From Fimicolochytrium jonesii (taxonomy: Eukaryota): a stretch of DNA of 64,000 nt. How positions within the stretch are numbered: the first letter of the stretch is position 1; every line of letters begins with the position of its first letter. The DNA lies in assembly GCF_025526975.1 (NCBI RefSeq), contig NW_026515673.1, positions 248,001 through 312,000 on the forward strand, read 5' to 3'. The notes under the pieces were generated by a model. The model did no database searches. It was not told the origin of the DNA and was given only the letters and a program-made list of their open reading frames with translations. This document shows positions 24,557 to 37,094 of this stretch, piece after piece. The position numbers and the translations under genes were made by a program.

Positions 24557-27500
24557 ATGCAGAACCCCGACGGCTTCCCTGATCTGCTGATCACGGCTCA
24601 CACTTTGTATAAGAAGTTTATCTCCGCCACCGACTGGGAAGAGCTGAAATCGGGACAACATGATGTGCCGGGTGGTTTTACCTTCCGAGCATTCGCACGG
24701 CGAGGCACCCAGTCTTCACAGTTCAAAGCAATTGCGACAGTCTCGGATAGCGGCATAGCGTTGCGACCGCGCAACTATGGAGCTGTTTTGAGCGAGGGAT
24801 CAGCTGGGACGCAGAGACGGGTTCTTTTTGATGACATGTCGATAGTGAAGAGGTTTGACGGAGCCACTTCGTTACAGCGATGGCGAAAAGGCTCGGAGGC
24901 GGGAGCGCCCGGAGAGTTCCTTTGCATCAATCAGACCGTCGCAACTACTGGGACGTTTGTTTCTCTGTCAACTTCCATTCCTGCATCCGCGGAAAAGGAG
25001 CTTCTCCCTCTGAATTCTCTCAGCGGTAGCGGAAGCCAGCGCGGACACTTGAACTTGTTCTCCCTGGTGATCGAGAGAGCGGCGGATTTCGACGGACTTC
25101 GAGCGACAGTGTTGGTGGACATTGCTACTTCTGCCCCTGAAGCGTTCACATTCGGAACGAGGGCGGAGCTCGAGGCCACCATTTGCCAGGAACTTTCGAA
25201 CTCCTTGTTGGATGCCGCTCAAAGTTTGAAGAAAGATGGGTTTATCCCGCTTCTGATAGACTACTCTCCGGATGTCAAGATCAAACGGGAGAAATACTTA
25301 CATTCCAGCAAGACGTACGCATTAGACTGGGAGCTGGCTTCCGTCGCGCATCCCGTGGAAGCGTTAGGGGAGTCTACAGCTTCCCTTCTTTCGCACGTAG
25401 CTCAGGCTCCCATGGTGGAAGTAAGACTGGATTATCGGCGGTGGCTGGGCCGGAGCAGGGGTTTGCGGATATCGCTCGCGATGGAGACCTCAAATGGTGA
25501 AGTCGAGACGGATCTCAACAAATTGGTGGAGGTGACGGCGGATGAGGAAGGAGGCTACCTCGTCGCATGTCTCTTTGAGGAGCAGCGGAGGCCATCCGCT
25601 TTTAGCATCCAGCTCAGCGTACAGGACGCACCTGGAGTAGAGGTAAACGGAACGCTGCTGGAAATGACCGTTCCTCCGGACATCAGGTCCCGTCAAGCAT
25701 CTCTAATTCATATAGGCCATTCGTCCACAAACGATGAGGCCGCCGCCCTTATGACTGCGAAGAAAGAGGCGGTAGAACCAGCAATACCTTGTCGAACGTC
25801 GATGACGCAGAACATTAGTCTTCCCCTGTATCAGCATCGATTCCTCAACAAGGTCATCGAGGCTTTCGACTTTTTCAACACTTTGCTATGGGATAGCACT
25901 TTAAGGCTTGTCACGACACAACGGGACATCGCCATTTACAAGCGAGAAGTATTAGATCATCCGATAGGCATCCTAAAGGGTGCGGGGGTGTTTGCTGGAG
26001 GGCGGCAAGCTCTGTGGGATGCGTTGGCGGTGCTGCAAACTGCTGGCGCGAGAAAACTTTGTGAGTTGAGTATGGAGGAAGAGAACTTTCACAGCTGGAA
26101 CTAACGGGATCGCGCAGGGGACTCGAACGTCGAAGATAGCGTTTTGGTGGAACATCTGTGTCCAGTTAGCACTATTCAACATGCACTCAACAAGGCGGTT
26201 TGGCCTACAAGGTCAGGTGTGGGTCAGCCATGCCGAAGCATCTTTTTACCGTTCGGAGGAGCTTATACGCATTTTGTTACAGCGCGCGTGATGCTATTGT
26301 TGTCAGCACGATGATCGACGGGCAGGATCGGGTGCAAGCCTTTGTCACTTCTGTCTCGGATGACCCAGCAATACCAGCTTTGAAGAGTGGCTGGGTCCGC
26401 GCAATTGTAGAAGTTGCTGGCTGGGATCTGGAACTTCTACCTGACGATAATGTGAAGATCACTCATATCATCAAGGTGCGTAGCTTATTTCGTTTGACCT
26501 TCCTTAGCCCACTCTTGCTGACTCTACGTCCACGTAGTTTGATCCAAAAGGGTGGATCCCGTCTAGTCTCCTGAACGCGGTCTCAACGCAGATCCCGCTC
26601 GCGGTTGATGCGGTTATGTCCCACGTGCGGAAGCATGGCGCCCCGCCGTACACAGTGAAGTGCCCTCTAGGATGCCACATTGATAAAACCGAATACTCTC
26701 ACCCATATCTGAAGTTTACTCTATCGGCAAAGTCACGGTCCGCAGTCGCAGATGGAACAGCGAAGACACTTGACGTTCGCGTTGATCTCTCAACGTGGTC
26801 GCAAGGCAACGTGGCGATAACTTCTTCAGCAACTGTCAGGCTGCGGCGAGTTCGCAAATACGGCGCTGCTTCCGTGATTGTAAGTTGGGAGCCTTTGGCC
26901 GATGAGAATATCAATGTACAGATAGCCAAAGGCCAAGCAGGGTCCGGAATCCTCCTCAATGGCGTCAAGCAAGTTTTGCCTGAGTTTGAAGGGGAGATCG
27001 CTCATGAAGAGACAAAGGCCCTGCCTTCAGCACCGCAACCAGTTGATCAGCCAGCGGCGCAAACTCTCCCTAGGACCAGAGCCGCAGAGCTGGAAATATC
27101 GACAGCGAAATCATCAGGTTCGCCAATGGATGATCCCGGTTCGAAAGGGGTCAGTGCTCCATCTGTGGATAGCGTGCGCCCAGCGATTCCCGCAAGTGGC
27201 ACACAGTGTCGGCCAGAACCACCCGCGAATGAGTCGGAGATTGCCCGTTTGAGTGGCGTGAAGAAAACCGCCATATCGACCACCGCCAAACTCTTGAAGA
27301 CGCATAACAGCGTTGAGGGATGGACTGCTGTCACGGGGGGCTCGTCCGGCCTGAATCTTCACAGGAAGGATGTGGTCGGCTTCGTACCTATCATGAAAAG
27401 CGAAAAGGTCATCGAGAACTTTGCGCCCATGGATATTGCAGCAGTCATCAAGTCGTACGGGTGTAGACAAGTATGGGACGACCTGCTTGATGGAGCCAAG

Positions 27501-29685
27501 TACCTTGAGCACTGCAATAATGGTATTGCATTGTCATATCTCACCTACGCGACCATGTATCCCATGAGCCGAAGGGACATGTACGTGATATCACACGAGC
27601 ATACGGTGTCGGTTCAAGGGAACACTGGTTCTCCCACCATAGCAATAGCGACATCCAGCATAAACGAGGACCTCATCCGCCCAGATATGCTTAGCTGCAT
27701 GATTAAGGGCGCTGTGCGAGGAACTCTGCCTATCTGCGGCTGGATCCTAGAACCGGTTGATCCGTACGCTAGTCAACAATACCCAATACCGTCCACGAAA
27801 GCGACATTTTACTTTCAAATCGATCTTGGAGGCTCGATATCACATTGGCGCGGCCTGTACAGCATGATTGTCGGAAACGCGCCGAAGCATCCAGCGCGCG
27901 TGGAGGCATATTTGAAGGAACATGGAGTGCCACCATATATAGTGAACACGACCATCGGGGGCAGTAACCAAGATGGGGCGAATGGCAAGTTACAGCTCAC
28001 CAGCTTCAACGTCACTAGCGAGGACTTTACGCACGCCACCAGTCAATATGCCGTCGCGTTCGTGTTCACATATGAAGGGTCTCTCGCAAAAACGCCAAGG
28101 AAGGCGTCTGAAGCGGCAACGACCCTCGATGCTGAAGTTGATTCATTGAGCGACCTGGAGGGTCGCCGTGTTCTTGTGACGGACATCGTCATTGACCTCA
28201 CTCGGTATCGGAGCGGCTACAAGGTTGACTATGACTCGAAAATGACCGCGGATTCCGAAGTATTGGAAGTCGAGATTGAAGAGGTGCCACCGCCCCCAAC
28301 GCACAGTGCCACGCATTTTCCCAAAAGCACTGCGAAGGTTTCGCCCACGATCAACAGCGCCAGCACCGAGTCAGGGGAAGAGACGTCACCGCTCGAGTCT
28401 CTGGTTCCTGAGCCCGACAAGAATAAGGACAGCTCCAGTCGCCCAATACCGTCTCTGATCGCTCCAACTGCGTATGGATCCAAGCATCGTGTAAAGGTTT
28501 GGCTGGTGGAGAACGTGCCCCGTCAGCAAAAAAGGACGTCGTTAACATCGGCAGCTGCAACTGTAAGTTGCAACTTGAGGATCAGTCCTGCAACTCAGAA
28601 GCGGATCGGAGTCGCTGGGGTTTGGTCTGCGCCGGTGGGTGGCGATTACTCGTGTCCAGTCACGGTGAACGATACGCGAGTGGCGATCACGAAGCCCAGT
28701 GGAAAGCAGCGGGGAAAGATATCTCGCAAGACCAGGTTTGTGCATCATGGAGTTCACTCATCTCATTCTGAGTGGTACTGAATGCTCGTAATCATGTTAT
28801 TAGTCGGAATTCCTTTGGGTCCGCACGATCGAGCGAGGTTTCAAAATGGCACGAAAACTCAAGCACAGATCTGGCGCAGTTGGCAGGCGGTCCATCCGGG
28901 TCCGAGCCTCAGGGAGGACTGGGCTTCGGATCATTCCTGAACCGCAGAAGACCGACCAACTCCCCAGGTTTGGAAGCGAAGGTAGAATGGCACATGTATA
29001 TGTTGCGTCATGAGAGTGATGCTGAACTGTCTACACTCCTCTACAGAACCCGTTACGTATCGCAAGTATGCCCTTACCATCCACATCGGCGACAAAGCGC
29101 AATCACCCAAGCGGCGGCGGTTATTCGTCTCCGAGTCAAGAAAAGAAAGCGATGTCATTCTCAAACGGCACGCCCTCATCAGCCGTCACAAACGCAAGTC
29201 AAGCCATGCTGGATATGCTAGCAGCAGACCGACAAATGGAAACACCGCCGCCATTCAATGACGCTGAGGGTGATGTAGTGCCAAAGCGACGTCCAATTTC
29301 AGCAGCCGAACGAGAACAAGATCCAACCTCGTCAAACGTGACATCGTGGTTCCGTTTCAGGGCACGGGCCAACGGGCAAGGGACATATCCGCTTTCCCTG
29401 TTGGTTTTGTGTGGATTGGCTTTCTTGGTTCTTGGATCCTTGATTGGTCAAGTCGGCTTTCCCACGACGTCGACCGCGGACCGGAATGCGGAGAGTGCAG
29501 GGCGGAGTAGTAAACCAGAACATGGTCTCGATGGAAAAGCGCCAACATCATGTCCGCAAGTATTCTGCCCGTCGTGTCCGCTATGCCCTCCTGCTGCTAC
29601 GGTGACGGTGTACGTCACGGTTGCTGCCGGGTCTGAGACTACTGGGACGGCTGCTACTTCTTCCTCAGTAACGACCCAGCCGTAA
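24557..29685 (+). CDS. Large multi-START-domain lipid-binding/transfer protein with C-terminal TM anchor
   Basis: Three START-like units. Examples: unit 2 has ARDAIVVS...GWVRAIVEVAGWDLE...KITHIIKFDPKGWIP; unit 3 has CRQVWDDLL, YPMSRRD, GWILEP and FYFQIDLGG. Each unit is followed by a HG(A/V)PPY-like linker. TM LSLLVLCGLAFLVLGSLIG. About 6 exons. Confidence 0.78.
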
Positions 29686-29995
29686 AACGTCTATTTCTTT
29701 CTGATGCTCGTCTTTCTTGTATATGATTTTTGGAGTGCTATGTTTTGTTGCGCGGATATCTTCTTGGGGGCGTCCTTCTTCTACAGATGATCTGTATTAA
29801 GACTGACAAAATTGCGAAGTATTGAGAAAGATCTACACCACAAACAGGCGAATGAGGGAAAAAGCAGTTTCCATTTTGAAGGGATCATAGTCCGTAAGCG
29901 AGTGAAGGGAGTCCTCGCGTCTATGAAGTTATGAAAAGTAACAACCCCGATGGAAGGATTCCACCGCAACTTCCGGTTGTGCACAGGTTCCGTCC

Positions 29996-30810
29996 TCATT
30001 GTACAGTGCCTTCATCCCTCACTCCATTCTGTCTCTCCCGTTCATACTCCGTTTCCCCGGTTTCGGAGATTCGACGGTCTGGAAATGGCAGATTTCTTTC
30101 CGTCAAGTACGCACATGCTTGCTTGTAGAAATTTGGGTATGTTGATGTTTTCATCTGTCGAGCGCCCCATTAATAACAGTTCATCAACCGTCAATGTCAG
30201 TCGGAAAGACCACTTACGATGGTATATACGTGCTCTAGGGGAGTCTTGAAAACATCTGGATGCCAATTCTTCTTCTCCGTTATTTCGGCCAGCACCTTTT
30301 TCCTCATGAGCGCAGGCAAATTGACCTCCTTCTCGCTGCCAGGCAGTAGGTACGTCTTTACGATCGCATCAATATCGTCTTTTAATTTCTCCTGATCTGC
30401 TGGGTCGACTTGGGCATCTTTTTCTGGTAGGGCTTCTTCTGACGTGCTGTGCAAAAGGTGTTTGCTTCCCAGTGATGCTGTGGATTGGAAGGCGGCTGAG
30501 ATGCTTCGCATGGAAGAGTGGGACCCTTGTCGGCGAACGCGAAGGGTTGGCGGGCAGTTGGGGAAGACTCGCGATGCTTTCACCCGATATGCATTCACGG
30601 CATTCCAAAAATCTAGATTTTCCTATTGAGGTGTAAGGCTTAGCCTCTGCTGGCGATGATTGCCGCTTGAGAAGCCGGCCTCGTTCATACCTCCGAGTGC
30701 TCTTTGGCTACGAATTTCTCGAAGTCCTCCAAGGCAAATGGCGACTCATGTTCCTCTTGCAGTACAGCAGTCAGTGTGATCTTATACTTGTTGCGATTCA
30801 GGTTTTGCAT
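29996..30810 (-). CDS. Small RGS (regulator of G-protein signalling) domain protein
   Basis: FEKFVAKEHSE|ENLDFWNAV, IVKTYLLPGSEKEVNLP, HPDVF and |MKTSTYPNF; two introns. Confidence 0.85.
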
Positions 30811-31603
30811 GGCTGGCACGCGAAAAAGAGCCCGAGGTGCGTCGGATAGCAAGCGCACAACGATAAAGCTACGGATATGTTCTTTCCCAATTTATTCTAC
30901 TACTGCTCAGAGAGGGAGACGGCTAGGCTGAACGCAGAGATTCTGTGGACGCTCGACGAGGGCGGTCAGACCAGAAACTACGCAGTCGAATGTAATATTT
31001 CGTAGGGGCGGCGACAGGTGCGTTCTCGAAGCTATCAAGGGGCTTTTGGTCATCTCACAAGCATCGGAGACGCTCCAAGATCCAAATATTGGTGGTACCG
31101 GGGCGTCAGGAGCTGTGCGAAGTTAAACCCGACAAAGGGATACTATTTATGGTTCTTCACCGGTTGTGATGATGGGCGGACTTTGTGATTACGTACGAGA
31201 GACGCGTTCATTCTTCAACAGCCTTCTGTCGTTTCGGCCTTGTCATGTGCTTTGCACCGAACCTCTTTGTTTCAAATCCTATGGAACCTTTATCCTTCAG
31301 GTTGCTCCAAGCCACGAAAAGCTCGCCGCCCCTACGTCCAATCAATAGCGCAAGTGCAAGTCGGTCATAAGTGTGTCATGGCGAATTAGCGGCCAGAACA
31401 CCCCGCCGTCGTTCCTACATCCCACAGTACTTGACAGACCCCCCTAGCAAAACTTAAAATAAGGGGCATTCCATTACTGTCTCATTCTGAGATCACTCGA
31501 GGAATACTGTGCATCTCTCTCTCTGCTCCTACGCACGCACATTATGGCAGCATTATATAGCCCAGTTGCATTACAGTATGTCTAGCCAACAATGATCTTA
31601 TTC

Positions 31604-33147
31604 TCAACTCGTACTCTGAGATCTCGAAAGAGTATGGATCTGTGGCTTCGCGGAGGATTCAAGGCTTAATCCCTCGAGGGCCTCTCGGGCGCCTGAGGTG
31701 TCGTGAATGTCTTGAACGGTTGGCGAGGAGGAATAATCCATGATGTCGTCGTGAGCGAGAGCAATGTCTGAAAGCACAGGGAAGTGGCGCGGCCCACATT
31801 GAGCTGCGGCATCTACGTCCACGATGAAAAGCATCGAACTCACCAAGGGAAGGCTTTTCCCCCTCATTATCCTCGCTGTCTATCCCGTTGGCGAGATCGC
31901 ACAAGCTATCCATGCTCACGCTGGCGTCCAGATTCGCCGCCTGCCGACAAAGCGGACAGGAAAACATGTGGCCTTGGTATAGTATCGATTTGACGCACTT
32001 GAAATGATATGCGTGCGAGCATGGGGCCAAGAACAGCGCTTGATATGGGCCCATCCCCGAAAGGCAGATCACGCACTGAGGTGGGTCAGGGGCTGGATGT
32101 TGTGGATTTGACCGCACACAAGCGCACTTTGCATTTCGATTCGATGAGTACGGATTGGCGAGTGTGAGTAATGCCCCCAAGGCTTCTTGGAACAGATGCC
32201 TCAGGAGGGGTTTGCTCTTGGTTGGTGGGCGTGATGTGTCCTGAACGATTTTGATTTGGAGCATCGGTGCTTTATATGTCTCTGAAGGTAGTCAAAGTAC
32301 TTTGAGTCACAAAGTAGCTTGGCGAGTGCAAGTCAGAACAGCTTGGGAAGCTACCTCTCACAACATCCTCCTTCTGCGGAGTCCCCACATAGTCTATCCC
32401 CAATTGGATAAGATCTCCACTTCTCACAAGATATGGACGACTTTCTTTCCCGCTGGGGCTCAGCCGTAACCGATTTAGGAATGTTCCACTGCTGCTGGCC
32501 GTGTCTTTCAGGTAGACCTCTCCATCCCGTGTCCACAGTTCCGCATGGCAACGAGAGACGACTTTGGAGTTGAAGAATACGCAATCCGACCCCTTTCTGC
32601 TCGCCGGGTTGTTCAACGGAACCCCAGCGGCTGTCATCGCTGGCTTGCTTGTGAACGGAAAGCTGACCCCTGATGCCACATTTGCGGCAGAGGATGTTCC
32701 AGCGCTAATGGTGCTCTGCGCGTTCGCGGTCTGCTGATCGCGATTCCGGACCCGTCTCCCAAGTTTGAGTGTGATTCCATCCGTCAACACCCTTCGAGTT
32801 GGAGCCTGAGCGACCGATGATCCAGCGGCAACTGGTTGATGCGGTGTGAGAACGATGGTCAACATCGGATGCAGTGCTAGATCCTGGGCGCTGATTGCAA
32901 CATTTGGGGAGGGCCGGGATTCAGGTGTTCTCGTACGCTCGGGCGTACCGCTCGACGGTCCGACAAAGCGTGGTATGAGACTCCGACTCGACGAGTTCAG
33001 CGCTGTCACAGTCGCTTGTCTGCTGAGCGCATGCTCATCCGACTGAGACCATGGCGTCTCGGTGCCCTGGCCATCAATGAGAAGGTCCGGATGAACCATC
33101 ATGCTGGTGAGAGGGGTTGGCGTGCTTGACTGCCGAGTGGTTGCCAT
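31604..33147 (-). CDS. DMA1: FHA-RING E3 ubiquitin ligase (Dma1/Dma2-like)
   Basis: FHA motifs LKLGR, FNSKVVSRCHA, YLKDTASSSGTFLNRLRLS and GDLIQLGID; RING-H2 CVICL...APCSHAYHFKC...CPLCR. Start and last exon are approximate. Confidence 0.88.
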
Positions 33148-33519
33148 GGAGCTTGAGTCAACAGTAGTTCCGTGTACGAGACCTGAGCGGCCGCAAAAAT
33201 ATGCATTGATTTCAATCACCACCGAAGTTGGCCCATATTGCGTATTTACGTGTAGTTCTAGCAAAGTGCCTCAGAGGAGATCCAGCACAACAGCGTCCGC
33301 TTCAAACCGCTCAGGTTAAGCTTAAGTTCAAGTTTGCTGCTGCTGCAGGGAAACGGTCTTGGAGAGTGAGAACTCCGATGCTTATGTCAGAAACGCGACA
33401 GCTTTTGGCATTCGAGACCGACCCGACAACACACAAAAGGTGCCTCAAGCCATCGACTTCCAGACCATCGCTATTAGCTGATATCAACAGGCGTCGCTGA
33501 GCAGCACCTCCGTTTCAGT

Positions 33520-35765
33520 ATGTCGAGGCCGGTCAAAGCGTATGTTGCCCGCAAGTCCCCGTGAAATACAACGAATCGTGCATTGGAATGCTCACTCCTT
33601 CACGTGCCAGGTTGGTCGTCGGAGCGCTGAATGGCAAATTGCAAACAGCGTTCGGCAAGATCAATTCTATCAACGCGAAGCACGGACCCTTCGACTTGGT
33701 GCTGTGCGTTGGTGACTTCTTTGGTTCATCGGAGACGACCAGTGCGGATGTGCAGGGTGTCCTCAGTGGAAGTTTGAAAGTTCCTCTACCCACGTATATT
33801 ATCACTGGAAGGGAGAAACTTCCCGCAGAAGCTCTTAACAATGCCTCGAGCAACTTCGGCGAAATCGCCGAGCAGCTGGTGTATCTAGGCGCAAGCGGGA
33901 TATATAGCACCGCCGAGGGGCTGAAGATTGCATACTTGAGTGGAAGTTCAGGCCCTGCGGAGTCTGCGCGGAGCGAGCGATTTTCAGAAGGGACCGTGCA
34001 AGCATTATGCGGAAAAGCACCAGGTGTTGCCTTGGGAGTCGACATTCTCATTACAACGGAGTGGGCGGAGGGCATACTCAATGGGTCGCCGGCAGGGGCG
34101 AAAGTGAGCGAAGGACAAGCAAAGGGAACGAACGCCATTACGGAAGTAGCAGTGGCTCTGCAACCGCGCTACCATTTTGCTGCTGGCGGATTCTTTGAGC
34201 GTGAACCGTATAGAAATCGAGGAGGGGCGAGGCATGTTACACGCTTCATTGCCGTGGGGGACTTCGAGCCAGCAAACAAGAAGCAAAGGGTGAGCTGATT
34301 CCGATTCAAGTGGGTCGACTGGTAGATTCTGAGGCTACCCTATTTTCCAGTGGTTCTATGCGATGAACATTGTGCCCATGTCCAAAATCGATCTGGTACA
34401 ACTCGCCGCCGTTCCACCAAATACTACGCCTTTGCCGTTCTCTTCTGCCGCTGCGGACGGCGGAAGGAAACGACCAGCGGATGAGGTAATAAGAACAGCG
34501 CTTTGAGCTGGTGGGGTCTATGAGATGAGCCCGTGGCTGATTTCCAGCTGTCAGATGTCGGACAGCTTTTTCTTCAATTCAACGAGCTCGGATGGGGGCC
34601 GGAATAAGCGTCATCAAGGCGAACGAAGTACGCAGATTCTTCTGGTTTCCATTTGAGATGGGGATTATCACTTATCCTCGGCCCCTGCAGAACCGCCACC
34701 ATCGACTTACATTTGCCACAAATGCAATGAGCCTGGACATTGGGTTCAGGATTGTCCACAAGGCGGCAGAGGGGCACCGCCGGCGGAGTACGTGTGTCGG
34801 ATATGCAATGCTCCCGGACATTGGATACAGGATTGTCCCGAAAAGCAACAACGACCCGCGGAATTGTTGAAGAAACGAGAAGGTATGTCGCGATAGCCGT
34901 TATCAATAGGCGCTCAAAATTTTAACACTGCTTTTTTGTCAGCTGGCCAATGTTGGTTCTGCCTGTCGAACCCGCAAGTTGAAAAACACCTGATCGTCTC
35001 CATTGGAAACGAGGTCTATCTCACCTTAGCAAAAGGCGGTCTAGTAGACTGGGGCGGGCACTTCTTGCTTGTTCCCATCGCGCATAACACAAGCACGCGT
35101 CAAATGCAGACGTTGGAAGGGGAAGAGGGCGAGTCGGCACAAAATGCCTTGAAAGAGATGGAGGGAATCAAGGAGAAGATCAGGGAGCTTTACAAGGCGA
35201 GAGGGGATGTGATGGTGTGTTTCGAGATGTTTGGCGGTGGGGCCGAGGGTGCACTGGCAGATACTCTGCAGCACATGCATTTACAGGTACGTGGACGGTG
35301 TCTGCAAGCACATCACTTCGGCGTTGAACTCTTCACCAACAACGAACCGCATAGGTGGTGCCAATGTCCGACAAATCACTTCCGGAGCTCGAAACCGCGT
35401 TCATGAAAGAAGCCGAAGAAGAAGGTCTAGAGCTCATCCCCAACGCCAACCTACCCGACTTAGAATCCGACATGTACTGTCGCGTGGAACTCCCGACATC
35501 CTCCTCCACCCCCTCTGAAACGAAAATTCTCGTCTTCCGTCCCTCCCCGGACCGCATGGAGGAGTATCAGCAACAGGTGGCCGAAGCAGAGCAAGCGGGA
35601 AGGCGGCACCCGCCGCGGATCATGAATCTACAGTTTGGACGAAAAGTGCTGGCGGAGCTGATGGGTGTTCCGCACGCTGCGGATTGGAAGCGGATGCTGT
35701 TGCCGAAGGAGGATGAGGAGAAGTTGACGGGGAAGATTAGGGAGCTAATTGATTTGGATGCGTAA
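33520..35765 (+). CDS. CWF19L1: CWF19-like protein 1 / Drn1 (pseudo-metallophosphoesterase, two CCHC knuckles, CwfJ C-terminus)
   Basis: INAKHGPFDLVLCVGDFF, IAYLSG, VDILITTEW, PRYHF, FFEREPY, CWFCLSNPQVEKHLIVSIG, HMHLQ, QFGRKVLA and DWK. Multi-exon. Confidence 0.92.
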
Positions 35766-36065
35766 TTGCGTTCATCGGCGTATCGTAGTGGTAAATAGAG
35801 AACCGAGTCGGATAGCTCAGCACTTTCGTTACGATGTTGCAGGCGGGCACCTGTCTATGCAGTAATCTATTTACACTCTCCGCCGTCACTTGGAAGTTGC
35901 GAATGGGGATGGATCTGCAGGTCAAACCAACGCGCCGGTTCAACGCGTCCTGGAAGTCCTGCACGTCAAAAGTTCGGGCATGAAGACATGCAGCTTCTTT
36001 GACCGGCATCCATCTCGATTTCCAACCAAGTTCGAAAGGAAGCCATCCGCCGCACCCACGTCGAG

Positions 36066-36827
36066 ATGCCCACAACAGTGTCACCGCTCAGGGCCTGCTG
36101 TCCATTCACCATTCGGATTGCACGGATAATACGGCCACCAAGGAATCCATTTCACCTTTCAGCCAACATCCACCATGGACCGTTTCCATCCACGTCCCGC
36201 CGTCCTCAAAGCCCACTTCGCAAGTCACCAGCCCCGCACCTCCCAACCCGCCCCTTCCAATCCTCCCCGGCAGCCCAACCACCCACCGCACGTAATCATC
36301 CAACCAACACTCCGACAACCCCCGCATCGATGGTCGAGATCGGCACCGCCTTCGAAAGCGACACCATCGCCAGCCTCCGCTCGTTCCACATGGACCTCCG
36401 CCGCGTCGGCGGCGCCAACGACAAAGGCGTCGACCTCCGCGGCAAATGGGTGCTCTCCGGCTCGGCGGGGTCGTCCGCACCGCACACCGTGCCCATCATA
36501 GTCCAATGCAAAGCGTCGCGCACGCCGCTCGGGCCCAAATACCTGCGCGAGCTCGAGGGCACGCTCGCGCGCGAGTCCGCCGGCACGATCGCGGTCATGG
36601 CCTGCTATGAGGGGTACACGAGGGCGGCGGTGGAGGTGTGCTTGGGGAGTGTGCGGCCGATGATTTTGGCGGTGGTCGAGAGGGTCGGGAGGCGGTGTGT
36701 GGGGTTTACGATGAATAGGGCCACGCAGTACCTTTTGCCCGGGGTCAGGATGGTGAGGGGGGAGGCGGGGGTGAGGGTTTGGTATGGGGGGAGGTGTTTG
36801 GGGGAGGGGGTGGGAGGTGGGGGATGA
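36066..36827 (+). CDS. RRG7: RRG7 / DUF2034 (Mrr-like PD-(D/E)xK fold) mitochondrial protein
   Basis: GTAFE, RVGGANDKGVDLRGKW, IIVQCK and GPKYLRELEG; Arg/Ser-rich presequence-like N-terminus. Confidence 0.8.
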   Translation: MPTTVSPLRACCPFTIRIARIIRPPRNPFHLSANIHHGPFPSTSRRPQSPLRKSPAPHLPTRPFQSSPAAQPPTARNHPTNTPTTPASMVEIGTAFESDTIASLRSFHMDLRRVGGANDKGVDLRGKWVLSGSAGSSAPHTVPIIVQCKASRTPLGPKYLRELEGTLARESAGTIAVMACYEGYTRAAVEVCLGSVRPMILAVVERVGRRCVGFTMNRATQYLLPGVRMVRGEAGVRVWYGGRCLGEGVGGGG

Positions 36828-37094
36828 GTCTGGAGTATGTACGGGAGTTTTGTTCATGTAGGCGATGAAGTTTGGAAAGCGACGGCGGCGTATCTCATAT
36901 TTGTGTGAATCCATATGAAAGCATCTGTTCTGAATCAGCTCAACAAAAAATCTACGTCTGACTATGTACATCAAATAATCAAGGGAAGGGAATGCTACAG
37001 CCGATGAGCATCGTCTCTGATGAGAACGGGGGTATGGAAAATGGCGGGTCCCAAAGTCCCCAGAACGGGGAAGTGCGAACCCCATCCCGGGGGT

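Noticed and set aside
36225..37085. 286-aa minus-strand ORF and other long overlapping ORFs at 37462-38255
   Set aside because: Antisense shadows of RRG7 and the PanP-like gene, caused by high GC and skew.
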